A DNA stretch of 64,000 bases from an archaeon (GTDB lineage Archaea > Iainarchaeota > Iainarchaeia > Iainarchaeales > JAAZKV01). The notes below the pieces were generated by a model. The model worked only from the letters and a program-made list of their open reading frames with translations, had not been told where the DNA came from and searched no databases. The stretch is from NCBI GenBank assembly GCA_041653195.1, contig JBAZFU010000002.1:87639-151638 (forward strand). Reading direction: 5' to 3'. The stretch's first letter is position 1. Each line of letters starts with the position of its first letter. A program made the position numbers and the translations under genes. Shown piece by piece: positions 18,543-28,412 of the stretch.

Positions 18543-19247
18543 CTAGACATGAGTGCCCGAATAACTCGACTTCTTTTCTTTCCTCGCTTTACGCATTTCC
18601 GCCAAGTATTCTTTTCCGAAAAGAGATTCAACAAAAGCCTTACCGCTTATGACCTGAAACGGCCCATAACCCCTAACCCCGTGCGCCCTGGAAAATTCGG
18701 AATTTGTTAAAAATTTTTTGAAAAGCGCGGGCTCAACAATATTCAAATTCAAACGAAATCCAATCCTCTTTAATCCGTGTTTTCTCGCAGCCTTTTCCAA
18801 CGCAGTTTGTTTTTCAATAAGATTAACGCGCCTTTGAGAACCCGAAAGCCTGTCAAGAAACAAACCGACAACCCTATCCATATCACTTCGATTCCCCTCT
18901 TCCAGCATCATTTTTTCAGAAAACCCCTCGGGACTCAAAACCATTATGTCCAAATCACTTTCACGATAATCGCTACCGCGCTTTCTCGCACCAAGAATAG
19001 ACTCTCGAACACCCAACTGAGCGCTTCCGATAATAACCACTGCATTCAGGTTTTTCCCCAAAAGCGCTTTTGCCTCGGGAAGAACAACCGTTCTCGCAAC
19101 AAGCTCCCTGGCAAGAGACTCATTCACCTTCCTCAACTCGACAAGGTCACTTATTTTAAGAAATTTGACCTGTCCGCGCACACGCCTCACCCTTTCCAAA
19201 ATATTTGCGGCATTTTTGCGCTCTTTGGACCTACGAAACCAAGCCAT
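18543..19247 (-). CDS. Arg-rich protein with minimal nucleotidyltransferase-fold-like motif
   Basis: The internal ATG at 19247 is preferred because the longer form would run into the divergent gene at 19339. VVIIGSAQLG...SDLDIMVL resembles the GS...DxD pattern of the NTase fold. Confidence 0.5.
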   Translation of the reverse strand: MAWFRRSKERKNAANILERVRRVRGQVKFLKISDLVELRKVNESLARELVARTVVLPEAKALLGKNLNAVVIIGSAQLGVRESILGARKRGSDYRESDLDIMVLSPEGFSEKMMLEEGNRSDMDRVVGLFLDRLSGSQRRVNLIEKQTALEKAARKHGLKRIGFRLNLNIVEPALFKKFLTNSEFSRAHGVRGYGPFQVISGKAFVESLFGKEYLAEMRKARKEKKSSYSGTHV

Positions 19248-19338
19248 AAAATAATTAGCCACTTGAAGGTTAATTAATCTTTGTTTAAAGAAAAATTTTC
19301 CCAGCAAATCTTTTATACTGTGAGCGCATCCTTTTGTA

Positions 19339-20328
19339 ATGCCTGATGAAAAAAACAGCCTTGTCTTCGGCGAATTCTGCTTTGATGCGGAGAAAAAACA
19401 CAACACGAAAAACGTTTTCCTTTCACACGCTCACGCGGACCACGCAAACTTCTCAAAAAAATGCACAGTGCACGCGACACCCGAAACCGCGGAACTCACA
19501 ACGAAAAGATTCGAAAAATATTCGAAGGGAATAAATTTTGAAAAAATAATTTTCGGAGAGAGAAAAAAATTCGATTCCTTCGAAATGGAACTGGCTCCAA
19601 GCGGGCATGTACTCGGCGCGGCACAGGCAAAAATTTTTGACAATGATTCCGGAAAAGTAACTGCCATAACCTCCGACTTCCGATTAAACGATTCGATTCT
19701 GTTCAAAGGGGCCGAGCCGTTGCAATGCGACACCCTCATAATAGAAACCACCTTCGGAAAACCCGAATATGTTTTTCCGAAAGAAGAGAAAGTAATTCTG
19801 GAAATGGAAAAATGGATTCAGGAAAAATCAGAAAAAGGATTAATAGTGCTTGCAGGCTACGCGCTCGGAAAAGCGCAGGAACTCACACGCATTTCAAACG
19901 ATGCAGGCATTGTTCCAATCGTTCATGAAAGCATATTTGAAATGAACAAAATTTACGAAAAACACGGCGCAAAAATCGGAAAAAGCCTGCCGCTCAACCA
20001 CAACCTGAAAGAATCATCCGTCCTCATTGTTCCGCCTTCACTTGTAAACAAATACTTGTTCTCAACATTAGAATACTTCGACAAAAGAAAAATTTTTTCA
20101 GGAATTGCGACAGGCTGGCCCGATTTCGGCGGACAATATGATAGAACTTTCTGTTTAAGCGACCACGCGGACTTCAACGATTTGGTTTCATACGTAAAAC
20201 AGGCAAACCCAAAATTAGTGCTTACCGACCACGGCTTCAGCGAAGAATTCGCACACAAACTAAACAAATTAGGTTTTAACGCGAAACCGCTAAGCAAACA
20301 CAAACAAAGAATCCTTTCCGAATTTTAA
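19339..20328 (+). CDS. Short metallo-beta-lactamase / beta-CASP-like nuclease
   Basis: FLSHAHADHA (HxHxDH), SGHVLGAA, and C-terminal SDHADFNDL and LTDHG motifs. 329 aa. Confidence 0.8.
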   Translation: MPDEKNSLVFGEFCFDAEKKHNTKNVFLSHAHADHANFSKKCTVHATPETAELTTKRFEKYSKGINFEKIIFGERKKFDSFEMELAPSGHVLGAAQAKIFDNDSGKVTAITSDFRLNDSILFKGAEPLQCDTLIIETTFGKPEYVFPKEEKVILEMEKWIQEKSEKGLIVLAGYALGKAQELTRISNDAGIVPIVHESIFEMNKIYEKHGAKIGKSLPLNHNLKESSVLIVPPSLVNKYLFSTLEYFDKRKIFSGIATGWPDFGGQYDRTFCLSDHADFNDLVSYVKQANPKLVLTDHGFSEEFAHKLNKLGFNAKPLSKHKQRILSEF

Positions 20329-20355
20329 AAATCCGAAATTTAAAAAAACCGTTTC

Positions 20356-21090
20356 TTATTTTTTTGAACCCGAACGCGAAACCTCGTCCATTTCCCTAAG
20401 CGCTCTTTTCAAAGCCCTTTCCGCACCAACAACATTAAACTCCGCATCGCGCAATCTGATTTCGGCATTAGTCCTCGAATTAATCGCGTTCTCAAGACGC
20501 TCCTGAAGCTCCAACTTTGCTTCGACACGCTTTTCACTCGCAAACAATTTTCGCAACTTAAGCTCGTGCTTGGAAGCATAACCAAAATCTTCTTTTGCAT
20601 CCAACACAGACGCCCTCGCATTTTCAAGACGTTCCCTGCGCTGACCAACACTCACTCTATCAACACCAAGAGGAATTCTTTCAAGCCGCGCACGTTTCAT
20701 TCTACGCAACCGCATAACCGCCCCAGGATTCAATGCACCTCTCAAAATATTTTTTCTGCGCGCAACAGTCCTTTCTTTTTCGGTTCCGGTTTTTCCAGCT
20801 CTTTTCAAAGCCTCGCTTTTAATTTCCTTTTTCATCCGCGAAGAATTAAGGACCTCGTCCAGCGCACTGGAATGAACAGCTTTTGCAACTTCAAGCTTTT
20901 TCCGCGCAAGTTTTAACGCCGCCGGAAACATTCCCCGGCCAGGAACACTAAGCCACGCTTTTTGCAATTCCGCCCCCGCGATTTTGAACCTCGCATTTGC
21001 GGCGCCAAGCCTGCCAACCGGCACATTTACCCCGCGCCTGCTCCAAATACGCGCCTTCCTACGCACCGCACCCAAAGGTTTTATTCCCAT
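20356..21090 (-). CDS. Arg-rich basic helical protein, unknown function
   Basis: 244-aa ORF, standalone, visibly Arg/Ala/Leu/Glu-rich. Most proteins in this window are Lys-rich instead. Confidence 0.55.
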   Translation of the reverse strand: MGIKPLGAVRRKARIWSRRGVNVPVGRLGAANARFKIAGAELQKAWLSVPGRGMFPAALKLARKKLEVAKAVHSSALDEVLNSSRMKKEIKSEALKRAGKTGTEKERTVARRKNILRGALNPGAVMRLRRMKRARLERIPLGVDRVSVGQRRERLENARASVLDAKEDFGYASKHELKLRKLFASEKRVEAKLELQERLENAINSRTNAEIRLRDAEFNVVGAERALKRALREMDEVSRSGSKK

Positions 21091-21197
21091 AAAACAATTC
21101 TTAATTTTGAAAGTATTTAAACCCTCCTACATGCTATTTTTATAATTGTTTTGCGAACACAATAAATAATTGGGCTAAAAAACAACAGGGCAATAAA

Positions 21198-23027
21198 ATG
21201 AAAAAAACTGCGAACTGCGGAGAACTCAATGAAAAAAGAATCGGCGAGACCGCTGTACTTAACGGTTGGGTCTGGAAAAGAAGAGACCACGGAAAACTGA
21301 TTTTCATCGATTTACAGGATAGAGAAGGCTTAACACAACTAGTTTTCAATCCCGAAGAAGAAAAAAAAGCATTTGAAACAGGACAAAATTTGAGAGCAGG
21401 GTACGTGATTTCGGTAAAAGGAAAAGTTTTGGAAAGATTAAAAGGAACGGAAAACAAAAGCATGCCGACAGGAAAAATTGAGATTCACATAGAAGAAGCG
21501 GAAATACTCAACAAGTCAAAACCGCTGCCTTTCGAACTTGATGCTACTCCTGAAAGGCTCGCAAATGAGGACACGAGGCTCAAATACAGATACCTGGATT
21601 TGCGAAGACCGGAAATGCAGAAAAACATAATTCTGAGGCACAAGGTAATGAAAGCGTTTAGAGATTATTTCGACGAAAGAGGATTTTTGGAAATCGAAAC
21701 ACCATTCATGGCGAATTCAACACCGGAAGGCGCAAGAGATTACCTAATCCCTGTAAGAAATCCAAAAGGAACTTTTTTTGCGCTGCCCCAAAGCCCGCAA
21801 ATCTACAAACAACTATTAATGGTTTCAGGATTTGAAAAATATTTCCAAATTGTGAGATGCATGAGAGACGAGGATTTGAGGGCGGACAGGCAACCCGAAT
21901 TCACACAATATGATATGGAAATGAGTTTCGCAAACGAAGAAGACATTCTAAAATTAGTTGAAGAATCGGTTGCACACACCATGAAAGAAGTATTCAAAAA
22001 AGATGCAAAAACCCCTTTCCAAAGAATCACCTGGGTTGAAGCGATGCGAGATTACGGACTCGATAAGCCGGACACGAGATTTGAAATGAAATTAATCGAA
22101 CTCACCGGAGAGCTGGAAAATTCATCCTTCAAAGTATTTTCAGACACTGCAAAAAACGGCGGAATAATCAAAGCAATAGTTGTTCCAAAGGGCGGAGAAA
22201 TGGGGCGAAAGCAGGTAGATAAATTGCAAGACTTTGCAAAACTTTACAAAGCGAAAGGATTAGTTTCGATAAAAGTTTTGGCTGCCGGAAAAATAGAAAG
22301 CCCTTCCGAGAAATTTATCGGTGAAAACGAAGTAAAATCAATTTTACAAAAAACAAAAGCAACCGAAGGAGACCTCATACTAATTGTCGCGGACAGCTTC
22401 GGAACATGCAACACTTCGCTCGGAATGCTCAGAAACAAATTAGGAAAAGAACTCGGACTAATTGATGCGAACAAATTAAACTTTTTGTTCGTAACAGAAT
22501 TCCCAATGTTCGAATTCAACGAAGAAACAAAACAATGGGGCGCGGCACACCACCCTTTCACAGCGCCTCACCCCGAAGATTTGGACAAACTCGAAACCAA
22601 CAAAAAAGCGGTTAGAAGCAGGGCATACGATTTAGTGCTCAACGGAACAGAATTAGGTTCGGGAAGCATAAGAATACACGACAAGGAAACACAGGAAAAA
22701 GTATTCAAAGCACTCGGCCTCTCGCCCGAACAAATAAAAAGAAAATTCGGATTCTTATTAGAAGCTTGCGAATTTGGTTATCCGCCCGAAGGAGGAATGG
22801 CACTCGGAATGGACAGGTTCATGGCACTCGTCTTGAACACAGAATCAATAAGAGACGTTGTGGCGTTCCCCAAAAACAAGCACGGACAGGCAGTAATGGA
22901 AGGCGCGCCCAGCGAAGTTTCGGAAGCACAGCTAAAAGAACTCGGCATCAAGGTTGATTGGAGCAACGAAGAACTCGTGAAAAAACAACAGGAAAAAAAT
23001 TCTAAAAAAACTGAACTAAAAAAGTAA
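21198..23027 (+). CDS. aspS: Aspartyl-tRNA synthetase, bacterial-type with GAD insertion domain
   Basis: - GWVWKRRDHGKLIFIDLQDREG (OB domain).
- RCMRDEDLRADRQPEFTQYDMEMSF (class II motif 2).
- An insertion of about 130 aa (DKPDTRFEMKL...FVTEFPMFE), then HHPFTAP.
- GGMALGMDRFMAL (motif 3).
- 609 aa in total. Confidence 0.93.
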   Translation: MKKTANCGELNEKRIGETAVLNGWVWKRRDHGKLIFIDLQDREGLTQLVFNPEEEKKAFETGQNLRAGYVISVKGKVLERLKGTENKSMPTGKIEIHIEEAEILNKSKPLPFELDATPERLANEDTRLKYRYLDLRRPEMQKNIILRHKVMKAFRDYFDERGFLEIETPFMANSTPEGARDYLIPVRNPKGTFFALPQSPQIYKQLLMVSGFEKYFQIVRCMRDEDLRADRQPEFTQYDMEMSFANEEDILKLVEESVAHTMKEVFKKDAKTPFQRITWVEAMRDYGLDKPDTRFEMKLIELTGELENSSFKVFSDTAKNGGIIKAIVVPKGGEMGRKQVDKLQDFAKLYKAKGLVSIKVLAAGKIESPSEKFIGENEVKSILQKTKATEGDLILIVADSFGTCNTSLGMLRNKLGKELGLIDANKLNFLFVTEFPMFEFNEETKQWGAAHHPFTAPHPEDLDKLETNKKAVRSRAYDLVLNGTELGSGSIRIHDKETQEKVFKALGLSPEQIKRKFGFLLEACEFGYPPEGGMALGMDRFMALVLNTESIRDVVAFPKNKHGQAVMEGAPSEVSEAQLKELGIKVDWSNEELVKKQQEKNSKKTELKK

Positions 23028-23031
23028 ACAC

Positions 23032-24537
23032 TTATTTTATTTTTGCGAACAATACCGGCGCCTGAGTTATAGGCTGTCCTTCTTTCAATAAACCGAATTT
23101 ATACTCCGAATAATTTTGCACGGGCAAATTCAACTGCTTAAATATCTTTTCCGAAGTTTGCGGAATTATCGGATACATTAAAATAGATATCAACCTTACC
23201 GATTCAATCGTATTGTACAACACAGCAGACAATCTTTCTTTATCCGTTTTCTCCAATTTCCAAGGCTCAGTATCGCTCACATACTTATTCACGGCTTTTA
23301 CAAAACACCATATTTTTTTGTGCATTTCATTCAGGTTATAATCATCAACATTAGCAAGCACTTCATCCAATATTTGAGAACTTTTTATCAATTCCTCATC
23401 AATTAGTTCGTTTTTTCCCCGCTTAGGAACTTTCGAATCACAAAATTTCGTTAAAAGCGTTACCGTTCGATTCACCAAATTACCCAATTCGTTTGCCAGC
23501 TCATTATTCAACACATTCTTTATTGCGGTTTCAGAAAAATCTCCGTCATCCCCAAAACTCGCGCCCCTCAACAAAAAAAATCTGAACGAATCAAGACCAT
23601 AGGTTTCAACCATCTTAACAGGATCAATAACATTACCAACCGTCTTTGACATTTTTTGCCCGTTTACCGTCCACCAGCCGTGCGCAAACACCGTTTTAGG
23701 CGGCTTGACTCCCAATGCGAACAAAATACCAGGCCAAATCACCGAATGAAACCAAAGAATCTCTTTCCCAATCACGTGCACATCTGCGGGCCAAAACTTT
23801 TCAAACCTTTCAGCATCCAAATCATTTTTGTAACCCACAGCACTAATATAATTTATCAGCGCATCAAACCAAACATAAACAACATGCTTTTCATCAAAAG
23901 GAAATTTCACGCCCCAATCAAAAGAAGTCCGCGAAATGCTAATATCCTTTAATCCTTCATTCAACCTGTTAATTAACTCGTTTTTCCGGTTTTTCGGCAA
24001 AACAACTTTATCGCTCCGCAAATACTCGAGAATTTGTTTTTGATACTTGCTTATCTTGAAAAAATAGGATTCCTCATTAACAAATTCGACTTTTTTATTG
24101 TGAACAGGACAACAATTATTTACCAAATCTTTTTCCAAATAAAACGCTTCACAAGCAACACAATACAACCCGCTGTAAGTTCCCTTGTAAATATCCCCCT
24201 TTTCATATAACTCGGATATTATTGCCTGCACGGTTTTTTCATGATAAGAATCCGTTGTTCGCACAAAAAAATCGTTTGAAATATCAAGTTTTTTCCAAAG
24301 CTCTTTCCAGGAAACAACAATATCATCAGTAAATTCCTTTACAGGAACATTTTTTGCTTTCGCCGCACCCAAAATTTTTTGCCCATGCTCATCAGTCCCT
24401 GTTAGAAAAAATGTTTCAATGCCCCTCTGACGATTAGTCCTCGCGATTATATCCGCCATCACAGTCGTATAAGCATGGCCGAGATGCGCCACATCATTAA
24501 CATAATAAATGGGCGTCGTGATGTAAAATGTTTTCAT
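23032..24537 (-). CDS. metG: Methionyl-tRNA synthetase (short form, no C-terminal dimerisation/tRNA-binding domain)
   Basis: MKTFYITTPIYYVNDVAHLGHAYT (HIGH region), the CVACEAF...CCPVH zinc knuckle, and KMSKTVGNV. The ATG at 24537 is preferred over the upstream ATG at 24594. Confidence 0.92.
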   Translation of the reverse strand: MKTFYITTPIYYVNDVAHLGHAYTTVMADIIARTNRQRGIETFFLTGTDEHGQKILGAAKAKNVPVKEFTDDIVVSWKELWKKLDISNDFFVRTTDSYHEKTVQAIISELYEKGDIYKGTYSGLYCVACEAFYLEKDLVNNCCPVHNKKVEFVNEESYFFKISKYQKQILEYLRSDKVVLPKNRKNELINRLNEGLKDISISRTSFDWGVKFPFDEKHVVYVWFDALINYISAVGYKNDLDAERFEKFWPADVHVIGKEILWFHSVIWPGILFALGVKPPKTVFAHGWWTVNGQKMSKTVGNVIDPVKMVETYGLDSFRFFLLRGASFGDDGDFSETAIKNVLNNELANELGNLVNRTVTLLTKFCDSKVPKRGKNELIDEELIKSSQILDEVLANVDDYNLNEMHKKIWCFVKAVNKYVSDTEPWKLEKTDKERLSAVLYNTIESVRLISILMYPIIPQTSEKIFKQLNLPVQNYSEYKFGLLKEGQPITQAPVLFAKIK

Positions 24538-24725
24538 TCCCTTTTCCACCGCTAATATAAACACAGAATTATGTTTAAAAATAGGCATTTCCAAGGCAGG
24601 CTATTTTTTCCCTATAAAAAAAACGCGGCTTTTCTTTGCACATTTGCCCAAACTTAACCCAAACCCGATAATTTTCCAAATGACTCCTTTTATCTTTAAA
24701 AAACCTATACGCACTTATTATTAGC

Positions 24726-25025
24726 ATGGAAAAAGCAGAGGTAACAAAAGAACTAATCTGGCGCGTTGCGGCAAACGCAAGACTAAATCTGAACGAAAAA
24801 GAACTAGAAAAATTTGCGCCACAAATAAAAGAAATAATCCTTGATTCTTTCAACAAACTTGATGAAATTGAGGCCGAAGAAGAACCAAGTTTTCAGCCGA
24901 CAGAAATGAAAAATGTTTTCAGAAAAGACGAACCAAAAAAATGCCTAACACAGGAAGAAGCGCTGAGCAATGCGAAAAAAGAGCTTAAAGAAAAAGGATA
25001 CTTCAAGGGGCCGAAAGTATTGTGA
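24726..25025 (+). CDS. gatC: Asp/Glu-tRNA amidotransferase subunit C
   Basis: 99 aa. VAANARLNLNEKELEKFAPQIKEII... followed by FRKDEP is typical of GatC, and the gene lies immediately upstream of gatA-gatB. Confidence 0.85.
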   Translation: MEKAEVTKELIWRVAANARLNLNEKELEKFAPQIKEIILDSFNKLDEIEAEEEPSFQPTEMKNVFRKDEPKKCLTQEEALSNAKKELKEKGYFKGPKVL

Positions 25026-25051
25026 ATCGCGGAGCATGAAATTGTGATTTT

Positions 25052-26464
25052 ATGAAAAGAGAAGAAACAATTAATTTTTTTGTTCAAGAAGCAAAAAAAG
25101 ATTTTTCAAAGGTCACTGAAAACACGCAAAAAATAATTTCAGAAATACAGGTTTCGGAAAAGAAAAAATTGAATTACATAGAAGAATTCGACGGCAGAGG
25201 AGTTTTGCTGCAATTGAAAGAACTCAAAAAGTGGGACGAAGCAAAAAAGAAAAAAGCGAAACTCTTCGGCGTGCCGATTACAGTCAAAGATTGCATTTGC
25301 GTAAAAGGAATCGAATCAAAAGCGGGTTCAAGAATACTCAAAGGATACAAACCACTGTTTGATGCAACAGTAATTGCGCGGGCCCGAAAGGAAGGAGCAA
25401 TAATAATTGCAAAAACGACACAAGACGAATTCGGATTTGGAACATTCAGCACAAACACCGAAAAAGTTCCGAAAAATCCTTTCAATAATGAAAGAAGCTG
25501 CGGAGGCTCATCAGGCGGCGCGGCAGGATTCACTTCATACACAAAAAGCTTTCACATTGCTTTAGGACAAAGCACCGGCGGCTCAATAGCATGCCCAGCA
25601 TCTTTTTGCGGAGCAACAGGGCTGACACCGACTTACGGTTTGGTTTCACGCTACGGCCTAATTGATTACGCGAACTCACTTGACAAAATAGGCGCGATAG
25701 GAAGAAACACCGAAGATGCGGCGCTTCTCCTCGAAGCAATTGCGGGAAAAGACGAGATGGATTCAACAACAGTCGACGCAGGATTTGTTGCGAACGAAGG
25801 CGCAATAAAAAAAGTGGCTTTAATAACCGATTTTTTCGAGAACTGCGACGAAAAAGTTCAAAAAGCCGCTGCTGAAAAAATAAAAAAATTAAAAGAATAC
25901 TTTGAAATCGAAGAGGTGTCGCTTCCGCTGAATGTAAAATACTCTCTCGCAACATATTACATTATTGCGACAAGCGAAGCATCAACAAACCTCGCAAAAC
26001 TTTCAGGTTTGAGGTATGGGGCGCAGGGCGAAGTGGAAGGAAAACACTTTGACGAATACTTTTCGGAAATCAGAAGCACCAACTTTAGCGACGAAGCAAA
26101 AAGAAGAATTATTTTAGGAACATTTGCGCGAATGTCCGGTTACAGAGATGCTTATTATTTGAAAGCGATGAAAGTACGCACAAAACTAATCAATGAATTC
26201 AATTCAGCCTTCAAAAAATACGATTTACTGCTCAACCCCACAATGCCCGTTGTTGCGCCAAAATTCTCCGAAATAGAAAAACTCACTCCATTGCAAAATT
26301 ACGCGATGGACTTATGCACCGTGCCCGCAAACCTTGCAGGCTTGCCGCACATAAGCTGCAACGCTGGCTTCGTTAACGGAATGCCTGTCGGACTGATGGC
26401 AACCGCGCCCCACTTGAAAGAAAGAAACCTAATCTCATTCGGAAAGGTGATGGAACTTGAATAA
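25052..26464 (+). CDS. gatA: Asp/Glu-tRNA amidotransferase subunit A
   Basis: Amidase signature with GVPITVKD, CGGSSGGAAG and GQSTGGSIACPASFCG. Confidence 0.93.
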   Translation: MKREETINFFVQEAKKDFSKVTENTQKIISEIQVSEKKKLNYIEEFDGRGVLLQLKELKKWDEAKKKKAKLFGVPITVKDCICVKGIESKAGSRILKGYKPLFDATVIARARKEGAIIIAKTTQDEFGFGTFSTNTEKVPKNPFNNERSCGGSSGGAAGFTSYTKSFHIALGQSTGGSIACPASFCGATGLTPTYGLVSRYGLIDYANSLDKIGAIGRNTEDAALLLEAIAGKDEMDSTTVDAGFVANEGAIKKVALITDFFENCDEKVQKAAAEKIKKLKEYFEIEEVSLPLNVKYSLATYYIIATSEASTNLAKLSGLRYGAQGEVEGKHFDEYFSEIRSTNFSDEAKRRIILGTFARMSGYRDAYYLKAMKVRTKLINEFNSAFKKYDLLLNPTMPVVAPKFSEIEKLTPLQNYAMDLCTVPANLAGLPHISCNAGFVNGMPVGLMATAPHLKERNLISFGKVMELE

Positions 26465-26501
26465 CTCTACTGCAGCTGTGCAAACCAAAGAAGAAAAAAT
26501 A

Positions 26502-27881
26502 ATGATAGGGCTTGAAATACACGCCTCGCTTGCGACAGCGACGAAACTATTCTGTTCATGCTCAACAGAAGAAGCGGAACCAAACAGCAGTTGCTGCCAG
26601 ATTTGTTTAGGGCACCCGGGAAGCAAGCCCGTTCTGAACCAAAAAGCGATTGAGTTTGCTTCAAAAATTGCCCTTGCGCTCAACTGCAAAATAAACGAAA
26701 GCTTCTTTTTCAGCAGAAAAACATATTTCTACCCCGACATGTCAAAAAACTTTCAAATAACACAATACGAAATCCCGTTAGCGGAGCAAGGCTTTGTCGA
26801 ATTGGCTGGCGGGAAAAAAGTTAGAATAAGAAGGGTTCACATGGAAGAGGACCCTGCTGCACTAATTCACCCGAACGGAATGGGAAAAAGCAATTACGTT
26901 CTAATTGATTACAACAGGTCGGGACTCCCCCTCGTAGAAATAGTAACGGAGCCAGACATTGAGTCACCAAAGGAAGCACGCGATTTTTTGGACAAATTAG
27001 AAAATATTTTGAAGTATTTAGGAGTTTTGAAGGGAGAAAACCCGCTGAAAGTTGATTGCAACCTCTCGCTGAGCGGCGGAGCAAGGGTTGAAATCAAAAA
27101 CGTTTCAGGATTTGCAGCCGTTGAAAAAGCGCTGAACTTTGAAATGGCGAGACAAAAACAGGAACTTAAAATGGGAAAAAAAGTGGAACAACACACACGC
27201 GCGTTCGATGCGGAGACCGGACTCACTGTTGCGCTCAGAAAAAAGGAAACGGAAGAGGATTACGGCTACATTTTCGAACCCGACCTCGTCAAAGTAGTGC
27301 TTTCTCAAAAAGAAATTTCAGAAATCCAAAAAACAATGCCGGAACTGCCGGATTCGAAAGCGAAAAGATTCATGGAAAAATATTCCCTCGCGGAATACGA
27401 TGCGAAAGTTCTTTGCGCGGACTTTGAACTAGGCAAATTATTTGAAGAAATTGCCAAGTTGGGAGCAGAACCGAAAACAACCGCGAAAATAATTACAAGA
27501 GAATTACTTGCGGTGCTAAACCACGATTCTCTGCAATTAAGCGAAATAAAGGTTTCCCCAAAAGATTTGTTCGAATTAGTCAAACTGATTTCTGACGGAA
27601 AAGTTTCGGACAAAAATGTAAAAAGCGCGATGATAAATTATATAAGCGGCGACAAAACGACTCCAAAACAATTCCTAGAAAAAAACAACCTCTTAATTTC
27701 AACTTCAATAAACGCTGATGAAATAATTTCAAAAATAATCGCCTCAAACCAGAAAGCGGTTGAAGATTACAAAGCCGGAAACGAAAAATCCCTCAACTTC
27801 TTGGCAGGACTCGTAATGCGCGAAACCAAAGGAACCCTTGACCCGAAAAAGGTTCAGGAACTGTTAAAGAAACAACTTTAG
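26502..27881 (+). CDS. gatB: Asp/Glu-tRNA amidotransferase subunit B
   Basis: MIGLEIHASL..., CQICLGHPGSKPVLN and RRVHMEEDPA. The ATG at 26502 is preferred. The ORF track's TTG at 26457 would overlap gatA by 8 nt. Confidence 0.93.
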   Translation: MIGLEIHASLATATKLFCSCSTEEAEPNSSCCQICLGHPGSKPVLNQKAIEFASKIALALNCKINESFFFSRKTYFYPDMSKNFQITQYEIPLAEQGFVELAGGKKVRIRRVHMEEDPAALIHPNGMGKSNYVLIDYNRSGLPLVEIVTEPDIESPKEARDFLDKLENILKYLGVLKGENPLKVDCNLSLSGGARVEIKNVSGFAAVEKALNFEMARQKQELKMGKKVEQHTRAFDAETGLTVALRKKETEEDYGYIFEPDLVKVVLSQKEISEIQKTMPELPDSKAKRFMEKYSLAEYDAKVLCADFELGKLFEEIAKLGAEPKTTAKIITRELLAVLNHDSLQLSEIKVSPKDLFELVKLISDGKVSDKNVKSAMINYISGDKTTPKQFLEKNNLLISTSINADEIISKIIASNQKAVEDYKAGNEKSLNFLAGLVMRETKGTLDPKKVQELLKKQL

Positions 27882-27937
27882 AAACAAACACTAACAAAGA
27901 GCAAAGATTAATAACTCAAAAAGCGTTTCCTAATTGA

Positions 27938-28402
27938 ATGAACTGCCTCGGCACTGCAAAGAAGATTGCAATCGTTTCCGGTTTTGGCGAATCCGACACC
28001 AGCGAATTAAACGCCTTCGACAATGCACTAATAAACGCAGGAATCCACGACTGCAACCTAATGCCAGTTTCCTCAATACTTGCCAAAAATACCAGAATAG
28101 TGAAAAAATTCGACATTGAAAAAGGCGCATTTGTTCCGTGCGTATTAAGCTCGACAGAGGGAAAGAAAAACCAAACCATCTGCACAGGAATAAGCATCGG
28201 AATCAATAACAAAAAATACGGGTTTGTAGTCGAAGGACAAACAAAAAGCGAAAAAGAATTAAACAAAGAATTAGATTTAAAACTTGAAGAAATGGCAACA
28301 AAAAGAAAACTAAAAATACTTCAAAGAAAAACAATAATAAAAGCTGGAAAAATTACAAAAAAATTCGGATGCTGCGTTACAGCAGTTGTTTATTTGTTTT
28401 AA
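27938..28402 (+). CDS. pdaD: Pyruvoyl-dependent arginine decarboxylase
   Basis: SELNAFDNALINAGIHDCNLMPVSSILA contains the self-cleavage SS site context of PdaD. 154 aa. Confidence 0.88.
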   Translation: MNCLGTAKKIAIVSGFGESDTSELNAFDNALINAGIHDCNLMPVSSILAKNTRIVKKFDIEKGAFVPCVLSSTEGKKNQTICTGISIGINNKKYGFVVEGQTKSEKELNKELDLKLEEMATKRKLKILQRKTIIKAGKITKKFGCCVTAVVYLF

Positions 28403-28412
28403 CGGTGAAAAA

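Noticed and set aside
18543-19406. The long 287-aa form of the NTase-like gene, and likewise the long form 2837..3205 of the small wHTH gene.
   Set aside because: The N-terminal extensions are hydrophobic or odd. The 287-aa form overlaps the divergent gene start at 19339. Internal ATGs give compact genes, and the ATG at 3091 has a GGAGGA upstream.
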